Origin: Takakia lepidozioides
Taxonomy: Eukaryota; Plantae; Bryophyta
NCBI GenBank assembly: GCA_030704615.1
Contig: CM060734.1
Location: 8,742,001 to 8,806,000, forward strand
Direction: 5' to 3'
Length of the DNA stretch: 64,000 nt
Part shown: positions 1 through 11,180 of the stretch, in pieces
Layout of the letters: each line of letters opens with the position of its first letter
Numbering within the stretch: the first letter of the stretch is position 1
Notes under the pieces: generated by a model
What the model was told of the DNA's origin: nothing
What the model saw: only the letters and a program-made list of their open reading frames with translations
The model's database searches: none
Program-made: the position numbers and the translations under genes

Positions 1-717
1 TTCAATAACAATTATCATCCCAGGTTCACACCGCTCCATGGAGCCTCCTTCTCACCATCAAATCGACTACGTCCTCCGAACCTCTCTCTCAACTATCTTA
101 TCTCCCACTACAATGCCAAAGAAAAAAAGTCTAGATTGCCTGAAGCACCAGGTTTAAATCCTATCCAACATCTACTCTGCTGCCGCCAAAGCTTCCCGCC
201 ATGCCTGGGATTCTTCGCCTCCATATCTAGAAAGCTGCAGAAGCTGCGAAGAATCAAACTTATCTCATAACTCAGCCGCAACTACATAAAAGTTACGAGC
301 TGCCAGGCATCAATTGCATACCAGTCCATTGCTTACATCAAACCTGGATTTTGTTGCATGTCATCCCAGTCCCCCTTTCCAATAAGACAGGCCCTGCAGC
401 AAATGATGACCTGAGAGGCAAAGCTCTTTGTTGGTACAATTGTGTGAACCAACAATGCAGCTGCACCCAAGTGGGGCTTGAACCCACTCGCATGCCCAAC
501 TATTTCCAGCTTGCATGTGGGTGAAAGGTGCACTGGCAAACTGCAAGTACTATGGCCTACAGCTCGCCAAGGCCATGGTACTTGCCCCCCCTATAACATG
601 CAAAGTATGGATGCAGTGGATGCAAGACCGAGCAAATGGATGCAATGGAAATGCCCACCCCCCCAAAAATCCCCACAATGCAGAATGTATGCAAGGAACG
701 TCTTGTATCTTATGTAG

Positions 718-3700
718 CTAGTCGTTACCAGAATCCAAAGCTGCAATTGCAGCCCTTATCCCTTCTTCAGCATATTCAGGCAATTTGTAAACCGGATCAT
801 TCCCTACAACCCTGTAGTCGCATGGCAGCATAGGAAACTTGATGGCACGCACATGTTCAGAGTGCAGAAAGACCACTTGTGATTTTTTCAGAAATACATA
901 CATGTCTTCCGCTCTCCCCCACTTCTGGTAATACTTTCCTGCAATTACCATGTCTCCTTCTACAAACGAAGTGCCCCATGCATCAGTGAATGGCTTCTTC
1001 ACTGCATGGAGAGCCCGACTACAACAAATGATGTAAAAGTCTACTTGTTCATCATTGTTTTCCTCAGCATTGACTGCAAAATTGTCTCCAATTTCAATGA
1101 GGGATGCCAAATAATCACCATTGATGCCAAACTGGTCCCAATCCTCATCTGCATCTTTCTCCATGGCATGCCTGACATTTGCGGTGTTCTTCGGGGTCAA
1201 GATCTGCAACTCCCATTCACCAGTCCATGCAACATTCTCACAATTGTTCCATGCTGAGTCAATACAGAAACAACAGAAGCAAGCCAACCCTTTTATCATG
1301 AGTTTGTTAGTATCGCGACTGGCAACAGATTTGACTGAATGTAGTTTCTTGATTCCCTTGATAACATCACAGTCATGCAGTGAACAACGGTTGATATCCT
1401 CTTCCTTTACATCCCAGAAAACTCGACGAACATCAGATCTCTGCCAGTAGGAAGACTCTGGTCTTGAGGACAACCATTCTCTCAAAAATCTTACAACATC
1501 CTCTGCATTTTGCAGCTTCGGGCCTGAGACATCTAGTTGTGCAGTACGTAGGTATCTTTTGACAACTGCACCTGCTCCATCATGAGGGCCCTTGCCGTGC
1601 CCTGTACCAAAGAAGCTCCAAAGCAAAGTGCAACCCCCCGTGAGATGAGGGTACCTGCTGACAAAATACCATGGCCCTTTGGACTTGAATTTAGAAGAAC
1701 ACCCATCACTCCATATCCAATGTTGATGGACGAAACAAGGTAGTGGTCACACGCTGCCAATGCAACTGCAAGCAATGTTGAACAAAGTAGTTGTCATGTG
1801 TTTTGTCGTCCAAGATAAAGAAATGGTATTCCATCAAGCTATCAGAGCCAAGGCCACTCAAATTTCGGTTAGGATTTCGACGCCAGGTTATTAAGACCAA
1901 GATTGTAATCTGGTAAGAATGCCAGTGCATGCTTTGCACTTCATTCTGAATTTCAAAACTGTAATTTTCCGCAAAATCGACCACTGAAACCAACACGTCA
2001 GCAGGAAAATTCTTCAAGCACTCCTTGAACTGTCTGTCTTCCCACTGAGCAACAAAATTATGACGAATGAAGAACTGAAGTTTAGGCTTCAAATACCGAA
2101 TAAGCTCGTGAGGTGGAGTCCGCTTGTAGAGGAGGGTGAGTTTCTTTCTTTCTTCAAGTGGAGAGTTTATTTCAACGTAACGGACTTTCTACTGCTTTCC
2201 TATTACCAATGAACCCAGATGAGGTGGACATCACATCCAGACATGACCGCAACAGACTCATTCGGAGAGAGCTTATGGAATTACATGTCAAGAGAACTTG
2301 GATGCTATCCAATCTCACAACAAAGCTCCACTTCTATCGAGAGACATTCTTGGTGCTCCGCGATGATAGAATCTTGAGACCAAATTACCTTTCAGCACCC
2401 TTATCTCCTTCCCTCTTGAGGGCATTGGGGCGGTTCAGGGTGGGTTCCCACAACCTACGGATAGAGACTGGCAGATGGGAAAACCTGCAACGGGAGGACC
2501 GCCTATGTCCAGCTTGCATAGGGCGCAGCAAGGAAATTGAAACTGAAGAACACTTCTTCTTCTACTGCCCTCTATACTACGAGATCCGTGGGAGATTCCA
2601 CTGTTTATTCAGTGGAACCCAAACTCTCACTGATGTCTTTCACTATGAGGATCAAAAATGCTTGGCAGCCTACCTACACAAGGCCTTCACCCTTAGACAA
2701 TCGCTAGAACATTAATTGTGGTTTCTGGATTTGTTCCTCTCTCATGTTTTCTTCCATTTTGTCCCATAAGCTCTACGAGCTTTCCGCGGACGTTATAAAG
2801 CACCATTTCATTTCATTTCATTTCATTTCTTCTCCTTTCTTTGTCAAGATTGTTTGTAAAGAGAAGTGCCTCCACTGCACTAGGTGCTCTGATGAATCAT
2901 CATCCTCAAGAGGGCACAGAGATAGGTTTTCAACACCACAAGCTTGGCACTCTCCATACATGCACTCTTTCCTGTGCCAATCACTATACTCATCTTTTGG
3001 GCATACCACTGACTCCCACATATGAGTAACCCTTGAAAAAGTATATAGAGCACCTCTGCAGCCCTGTACAACATCCGGCTGACATATATATTCACATTCA
3101 CAATCACATGATCCATTACAATGGATACCTGACTTGGCTCGCATGTTGTTGAAGCCCACTCGCAACTCTTCCATTTCCACATGATAAATGCAGCAACACA
3201 CATTCCTGTTTTTCATTCTCTTTACAAAGAATGGTTTTAATGCATCAAATGACCGGCTTCCAATTATGATGTCAGGGTGTGCTCTTTGGAATCATAAAAA
3301 GAAATCCATCTGCACAAGAAAGGCACCTGTCAATCCCAAAATTTCATGAAAAACATTCTTACAACGAGCTAGCAGAGTATGAAACTGTATATGCACTAAG
3401 ACAGTATTGTCTACTAGTCCACAACATGTCCTACTATCCACAGAAGTCTATGGTGAGTCCATGAATAGCGGCATGGTCAGCGCAGAGTAACTCGCATGTC
3501 CACAAACCAGTCATTGTTTCCACAAGACTTCACAAATAATCCACAACATTCCGCTGCAATTGCAACCGACAAACAAATCATGGACTGGCACTCCACAACC
3601 TGACATTGAATCCAGGGGACTCCACATTCAACCCACAAGACTCCACAACCCCACATTCAATCCACAAGACTCCACATTTCCACTGTACCTTGCTATAGAG

Positions 3701-4573
3701 CTCATGGGATTCCATGGCATGTCAGTGTCAACCTCCGAGCATTCCATAAGAACATAGACAATTCAAAGACATTCCACATACAGTGAGAAGACATGTAGAG
3801 TTGTACCTGAGGCTCCATCAAGTAGTGTGTAGGCTTTACATCGTACTGAAACGCAGCGAGACGCTTCCGAGTGACATCTTTTGCATTAGGACTGACTCGT
3901 GTTTGGGACACCCACCAAGAGACCACAACATCCCTCGTTGCAACTGAAATTGTATCACGTCTCGTCTTCCTTATAGACAAACTCCACATGAATCCTTCGC
4001 GAGCAGATGCCATATCCTCGCGGCGTGCTACTGCCGCGCTTATATTATGGGGATGAACACCTAACAGAGATGCCGTAGATCTATACGAGGAACCACACCC
4101 ATTGTTAACCACTGCTGTTAGTAGCGCATGCTTGCTCGCTAATTTGCCTGCGGAGTTAGGGTTTTTAATCTCAGCCAGCGATTTTGTCAGTCCATTGATG
4201 ATCTGTTGTTGAGCAATAATGGTCTTTCCATCTTGCGAAGCAAGTGGCATCACAGGGATGAGTGAAGGGTGCGAAATGACCTTCTCCATGATGTGTCGTT
4301 TGCTTGAAGGTCCCGGGAACACTTTCAACGTGTTACAAATGCATGTCACAATCGTATGGCAGGCCCTTCTAATCTCTCGATCCCTTACAACTTCCTCCGT
4401 GTTTTGCTCTAAGTCACCTACAGTGTGCGAAACATTCTGGGCATGTGACTCTTTTTCCTCGCTCTAGATCGGCGGACGCGTTCAAGAACCTTATCTCTCA
4501 ATGCGCGTCTAGCCCTTTCTCTAGGCCCAGGTCTCGTGTGCGCACCGCCGCGTTGTGACCTGCCACTAGTCAT
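718..4573 (-). pseudogene. Sola-like (probably Sola2-type) DDD transposase, degraded; one intron (~3310-3806), interrupted by a LINE fragment
   Basis: Joined ORFs 4418-4600, 3702-4349, 2818-3309, 1706-2155 and 718-1730 give HPDIIIGSRSFDALKPFFVK..RNVCCCIYH, VVDFAENYSFEIQNEVQSMHW, IWSDGCSSKFK and FFGTGHGKGPHDGAGA (three acidic catalytic positions). One stop and frameshifts present. Family name recalled from motif pattern, not searched. Confidence 0.7.
2156..2825 (+). mobile_element. 5'-truncated LINE 3' end with C-terminal Zn-knuckle and (CATTT)n tail
   Basis: ORF 2158-2715 has RFRVGSHNLRIETGRW..RLCPAC..ETEEHFFFYCPLY; CATTT tail at ~2803-2825; 7-bp TSD TTTCTTC (2149-2155 / 2826-2832). Removing the insert restores the transposase frame (TKKGEERKKL). 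Confidence 0.9.
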
Positions 4574-5877
4574 GGCCGACTGAACTCTCCAAGCCTGCAC
4601 AAAGTGAAGAACTTAGAAAACATACAATGAAGGGACAAATTAGGTTTAAAACATTCTACACTACTTAGCAAACAATGCACGAACGAAGGTATTCAGTTTA
4701 GGGAGGGAAAGCATTTGTTGCAAGAGCTGAATGCCCGTGATAGCCAAATCTCAAGCCCATCATGTTGATGCGAATGAAAATGTCCATGCACAGGGCCATC
4801 TTGGAGAATCCACCAACCACCAACATGCAAGTAAATTTTAGGGTCTCCCCCACCAACTCTCACACACAACACCCAATCATCAAAAACTGAGCTCGTCATT
4901 TCCACACACACGGGCACCATCTGCATGCCCCATGGATGTATATATTTTGAAACGTTATGCAAAAGGATATCGCCAGGCATGGGGCCTGGTCTACGCAGAA
5001 CCACGACAAAGGCTCAACTACAAATGTCGGCTTGGAGTGGAAAGGCGTACTGGAATGAGAGCCACACACATTCAAACTATTCACTGCAAAGCTCAAAACT
5101 TCAAGTTCAACATCCTCAGAGCTTAGGTATTCGTAGTCACTACCATAGATTCTCATTGCAAATAACCACACAGCTCACCGAAACACAGAAGCGTCCACGA
5201 TTAGAGAAACGGGAAGACGACAGAGCAAGTGTGCGCGCAAATCGCGATAGGCAGCACATTTTCGAAATTGGGTTTTGCGCGAAATACGAAAAATAAAAAT
5301 ATAAAAATATAAAAATTGAAAACCGACACGTCATTGCCTATGTGGCATCTGTGTGTGTAGTTGTACTGCGGTTATTCAACAAACTAGTCCATTTGACACC
5401 TGGCACTTTTGGAATAGTTGATTCTACGCCTCTTTAGAAAAGGGTGATACACCAAAAAGCCACAAATGAAGATAGTATGGACTAGGCTAAATTGCCCTAT
5501 TTTTCAGGCATAAAAAAGTCCATAGCTATTAATTCCCGATGCTATTTGTCCATATGAAAATGGATTTGAGTTGGTTTAAAAAATGGCACCCCTAGGATGT
5601 TTTCCTTTACATCTTTGCATGAGTGTACATTGTGTTTATTTAGTCCATAACATTTTGTACTGTAACATCTGCAGTCCACAGTTTTCTACTTTGAAAGTCC
5701 ATAGCTCTCCATCAGTAGGTTTTTTTCTTAATCTAACAATTGGTACATATTTCTATGGTGGTTAAGAATCTTACACCATATAAAATTAGGTGAACTATTG
5801 AGTTGCTAAGAAATTATAAGTGAAACCATGGAGGGAGGTCACTGCAGAAACTGAGACACCCAATCCTGCAAATACTC

Positions 5878-5967
5878 TTCGGCACTGCGCAAACACACGA
5901 TTAATCCAATTTACCTCTCCCACTTTTATAAGCTAGCATGCATTCTACACACTAGCCAACCATACCA
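5878..5967. repeat. 90-bp filler nearly identical to 51775-51864 (chromovirus 3' non-coding region)
   Basis: Direct comparison: 89/90 identical (ttttata vs ttttgta). Confidence 0.9.
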
Positions 5968-5989
5968 GGGAGTTGAGGACGACGAGAGG

Positions 5990-8900
5990 GCCTCTCTGAC
6001 CAGGATGACATCCTCCCGGAGATCCCCAAACCCGGAGCATACAGGCTGGATTTGGTGGTCCTGGTGGGCTGCCGGAGAACCTCCCTGCAGCAGACGTCAT
6101 GTTGGAGGCCGATATGAAGTTGGCCACTGCCAAGATGTTGGAGGCAACCCATAGCAACATTGGCAGGGTCCTGGGAGGCATGGTCTACCCGGAAAAGCTT
6201 CGGATTCCTCTCTGCCGCTTGGTATCATTGTAGGTGGTCAGACCTGCCCTCCCAGGCGATATCGACAAGCTGAAATTCTCTTTCCGAGACGGATATCGAA
6301 TGGGGTCTGCCGCGTTTTATGTCTCGATTGAGAACGACCACGGAGCTTCTTGTGCCCACACTTCCGATGCAGTGGATAAATGGGGTCCCCATTGGCAAAG
6401 GCAAAATGAGGAGTTCAAGAGATTGATTGCTACTGATCCTCTTTTCCAGCACTTGTCCGGGAAGATGTTTTACGTGTGGGACGGCAACCATCGCCTCTTG
6501 GCATGGATGGAGCACATAGCCCAAGCCCACCCCAACAACCTAGATTGGCATTACGCCGTGGAGTGTGTTGTGCTGAAGGTTGCGGGGCCAAAGGATCGCA
6601 GTCTTCTCAAAGCTGCTATGGCAGACATCAACTCGTAAGTTACAATGTCTCTTGCACTGGAACTTTGAATCTGAAACACTCATTTCATTGCCAATCGTCA
6701 TATTTGTTGCAAATTCTCATTTCAGTATCGTTTAATGGAAATGTGACATTGCAGGGTGACTGAGAATGCCTTCATTGCCACCAACTTGTCCCACATGCTC
6801 TTCCGAGTGAAGGATGTCAGGAAGCAGGGGGTACAAGAGTTTGCCAATTCGCTCAGTGCCGACCTCCTTCGCAAGTCGGAGGCAAAGGCAAACAGACGCT
6901 GGTATAGGCTGAGCATGGATGCCATGGTGGACTACATATTTCGGGTACTGCGATGTGCTCTCTTCTTTTGTTGACATAATCAGTCTTTGCTCCCCCAATC
7001 GAAGAAAAAGTGTGGACCAGGATTTCTAATCTTATGTGCGCATTGTTGACAGATGAAAATTGAGCAGGATTTGGCACATGCGAGGAGGTTCTACATGGAG
7101 TCAGAGGAGAAGAATCTAACCCTCCCGGCACTGGAATCGTATCTCAAAGCTGCGGAGGCGAAGGCTCGCATCAAGTATAAGTCACAGATGGTGAAGTACG
7201 TGGCCATTGCTGATCCCGCCCTTGGTGCCGACTTTCTGGTGGAGGTGGGGAAGCACTACTCCCGCGCTCTTAAGCCCACGAAGACACTGGAGAAGTTGCA
7301 TCGTCTAGCCACAGCCTGTGTGGATGCAACAGAGAAGGTTATACATTCTTAACCAAATTCTCTTGTGGCAACAATCCGTTTTCATGGTGTCTTGCGCTTA
7401 CTAATATGCACGTTGATTGGACAGACCCGGTGGCTCCAAATCTGGAATGGGTCCCAGAGTACACAGGACATGCGGAGCTTCCCAAAACCCGACAAACTGT
7501 CCGACCCCACATTCGACATGTGGATGAACTGCATGACATGGTGGTTTCAGGTACTTTCCCACGCTTCATTTGGCGCTTCTACTCTTGTATCAGGTGGATT
7601 TCCTGTATTTCTTGAGGAATACTGTCTGATGGAGAATCTCCGCAGGTGACGACGAATGCGCAAGAGCAGCTTGACACCCAAGCACATCAGTTCAAGCTAG
7701 AGATTGTAGGAGAAGCAGAGAGCCTCCGCGACTATGTGACGAGATACTTTCTGCTGTACAAAACCGACCTGTTCTTTCGAATGATACCGCATGCCCGGAG
7801 GAGCCACGAGTTCACCGACCAGCCGAACGCAGACAAAGCGGCAATGCGCCTTCTGTACAGGTAAATATGCGGTGCTCCTCTTTGATCTGTGGCCATTGTA
7901 GTCCCTAGAGTTCCTGGATGTAAAACGCCTAATGTGGGGCAGACAATTCGTTGTGAAGAAATGGCTAAGTCCCTGGGGTGGCTGCCCCCGAGACTGGGAA
8001 AATGGCGCCAAATTTCTTGTCTCGGTGGAAGCCACCCCAGGGACTAGCATTTGGAAGCCTCGAATCTGGAAATTCGGCGCCATTTTCCCAGCTTGGGGCC
8101 CAAAATGGCTAAGTCCAATGAGGGGCTGGCCCCGATACAGGAAAAAGGCGCCGAATTTGCAGTTTCGGTGCCATCCACCCTGGGGACTTAGCCATTTTAT
8201 GGCCCCGGAACTGGAAATTCGGCGCCATTTTTCCAAGTTGGGCCCAAAAATGGCCAATACCAAAAGAAGATGGCCCCCAACCTGGAAAAATGGTGCCGAA
8301 TTTCCAGTATTGGTGCCAGCCACCCCAGGGACTTAGCCATTTCCGGGGCCCGGAACTGGAAGTTCGGCGCCATTTTTCCAGGTTGGATCCCAAAGTGGCT
8401 AAGACCCAGAAGGGGCTGGGGCCCAACTTGGAAAAATGACGCCGAATTTCCAGTTTCGGTGCCAGCCACCCCAGGGACTTAGCCATTTCTGGGGCCTGGA
8501 ACTGGAAAAAATTTCCAGGTTGGGCCCCAAAGTGGCCAAGTCCCAGAAGGGGCTGGGGCCCAACCTGGAAAAATGGCGCCGAATTTCCAGTTTTGGTGCC
8601 TGCCACCCCAGGGACTTAGCCATTTCTGGGGCCCGGAACTGGAAATTTGGCGCCATTTTTCCAGGTTGGGCCCCAAAGTGGCTAAGTCCCAGAAGGGGCT
8701 GCCTCGCCCACGGGAAAAATGGCGCCGAATTTCTAGTTTCGTTGCCCGGCACCCTGGGGAGCCGGGAGCAGCGCCCCCCCCCCCCCCCGCATGGAAATTC
8801 GGCGCCATTTTTACAGTTTCTTGCCGAAACATTAACCTCATTCCCGGGACCTGATTCTCTGTGGGTTTCTTGAATGCAGGTACTGCAAGTTCTCCCTATT

Positions 8901-11180
8901 GGAGAAAGGTCATCTGTCCTTCGAGCCTCCATTCTTCCTCGCATGGCGGAACCCTGGCGCTGACTCCATGTACACTGACGTTATGGTGAAGGAGTGGCAT
9001 CTGAAGCATTTGCGCGACTGCCCTTGGTATGTGGACCTTCCGCCCGGCTCACTCGACGCCTCGAAGTTTCAATTGAAGCTGGATGCTGAGGCCTGCCGAA
9101 ACTGGGCTACACTGCCTCCGCTAGGTCCAAAGGAGGCGAAAGCGCTTGCCAAGTCCAGGAAAGCGGCAAAGCTTGCTCAGGCAGGTATTTAGGAGAAGTT
9201 GAATGAGAAGAAAAAAGGGTTGAAGAAAAGGACACGGAAACAGGGGACTGCAGTAACCCCAAAAAAACAGAAAACCAGCGGGGCGCGAGAGGAGGCGTAG
9301 GAGGGGCCCGAAGGGAGTGACTCGGACGACGACTTTGTACAAGGTCCTGCCCTAGCTACTGCTACCAAGTCACCGGTAGTCCGGGTTCCCAAGTCAGTTC
9401 GGACTGGGACTGGCTCTGCCAAGCAGTTGGCGTTTGAGGGGGAGCCTACACGGCGGCATTCGGCGGTGACGTTTCCCGACGGGCCAAAGCTAGAACCCCC
9501 AACAATCATCCAATGCATCAATGAGAGCTTCCTTGACGCTCTGGCTGCCAGGGCGAAGAAGGTGGCACACAACAAGTCTCTGGAGGAGCTGAAGGGGAAA
9601 GCGAAGAAGAGGGCTGTTGCTGCAGAGCCTAAAGACACCCCTGGTTTGGAAGCCATGATGGAATTCTTCACGGCTGTGAGCACGGATTGTAAGAGCACTC
9701 GGGGGGGGGGGGGGGGGGGGGGGTGGGTTGAGGTGGAGAGAGCCTGTGATATGATTCTCCTCGATATTCCAGATGGGGAGCTGCTGGAGGGCCTGGATGG
9801 TGTGCCTACCTCGAACAAGTTTACTGAGGACTACTGGAGAGCCAGGTTTGGGCTGGCGGGGATGCTCCTGGATGACGGTGGATGTATGGTGGTCCTTGCC
9901 ACAAGAGGGAAGACGACAAAGATTGTTGTGGCAAGGTGGACACCAAAAAGTGCCACCCCGGTCCTCCTCAATAAATGGTTATGCATCAACAGGCAGGGGT
10001 TGCAAACAGAGGGCCAAAGTGTAAGTTATCAATCTATTGCTTTCACTTCATATCGTGGTGTATCTAAACTAGAGCTTGGAGTTGATCCCTCTTTTCTTGG
10101 ATGTGCTGACATTGATGTTTGAGGCATATTGTTTTGTGAAGAGAGGGTCTACGTTCAAATTCCGCAATGATGGTCGTCTTGTTGATGCTGTTGTGGACCC
10201 TCTTACCTACGATGTCTTCTACAACTATGTGCCCCACTCCAGTATGCCAAAGGACACAAAGACAGGCAAACCGTGGCGGTACAGCCGGACCCAGAGCCCT
10301 GCTTTCATCCAAACCCTCATGGAGACGTGCTCCGATGTCCAAAGGCGGATTCTTGACCTCACATGTGGCACGGGTAAGCCTTCACATGCACAGTATGTCC
10401 CGTGGCCCAATTACAATTGCATGCCGCATGCTACTAACCGCCTGCTTTGTCCCTCAGGTGCTTCAATGTGGGCTGGGACATTGTCTGACATGCATGTCTT
10501 TGCCTTCGAGCCAGATACTGCCCTCCACAACTCAGAACTAGCAGTGGCTGAACATTTGCCGAAAGAGGAAGAGGCATCCTCGGAGGATAAGGAAGAATCC
10601 GAGAAGGAGCAGGGGGAGGTACAAGTTGGGATCGAGGCCGAGGAGCCCCCAGTTTACGAGTGAGTGGTCGCATTGTAAGTTGCCTCCTGATTTTGTGAGG
10701 CACCTCCCTTTGCTCTCTTATTTCATTGGCCGACCTTTTCTGCTTCTGCTGGTATTGACATTCTTGAAGTGGATTTGTTCTTACTATAGGATGCCAAGTA
10801 CTGCAAGAGGGACGTCTACACCGCAGTTCATGGGTAGGAGGAACGTGCCTTTTTTTGCCAAGGGGGATTTCATGCCGAGTCCAAAAAGGGACTACCTCAG
10901 GAAAATAAAGATGAGGGAGGAGGCAACAGCTATTAGAGCTCGTCAGGCTCGTAGATTTGTCTTGGATTCTGCTGAGGAAAATGAGGAGAAGAGGCAGAAG
11001 ATTCCCAGGAGGTGAGGTGGACAGTCCCCCAAGGAGAGGACGGTATTTTTGAGAGGCATGGTGGAACTTATGCATCTCAGAGCTCAGAGGATGAGGGGGA
11101 TGAGAGGGATGAGGAGGAAGGTGGGGCAAGTTCCTCGGAGGGTGTAGGAGAGTAGTACCCATTCCGGCTATGACAGTTAG
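5990..11180 (+). pseudogene. ParB/Srx-like + DNA amino-methyltransferase-like fusion gene, copy 1 (~9 exons, several in-frame stops)
   Basis: Inferred exons ~5990-6634, 6755-6944, 7053-7337, 7425-7550, 7646-7860, 8880-10020, 10124-10373, 10458-~10659, 10790-11180 with GT-AG ends. Motifs: KLRIPLCRLVSL*VVRP, FYVWDGNHRL, ILLDIPDG (9763-9777), RTQSPAFIQTLMETCSDVQRRILDLTCGTG/ASMWAG..HVFAFEPD. Confidence 0.8.
7962..8815. repeat. Intronic array of ~11 alternately inverted GAAATTCGGCGCCATTTT motifs (~72-bp spacing, ~145-bp unit)
   Basis: GGCGCC-type cores at 8004, 8076, 8147, 8221, 8292, 8366, 8438, 8575, 8649, 8721, 8801, all inside intron 7861-8879. Confidence 0.9.

Noticed and set aside
464-480. 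CACCCAAG-TGGGG as E1 left TSD and terminus
   Set aside because: Mismatch to CACCCACG, no RTGAGC at +15, and upstream sequence is not recognisable LINE RT.
4693-5171. Small minus-strand ORFs upstream of the Sola-like transposase
   Set aside because: No recognisable motif and frameshifted; cannot be called a gene.
7697-8944. Many overlapping 70-208 aa ORFs on both strands
   Set aside because: Artefacts of the GC-rich intronic inverted-repeat array.
5990-11180. Bacterial or phage contamination as the source of the ParB-MTase gene
   Set aside because: Conserved spliceosomal introns in three copies, and nesting within plant retroelements.
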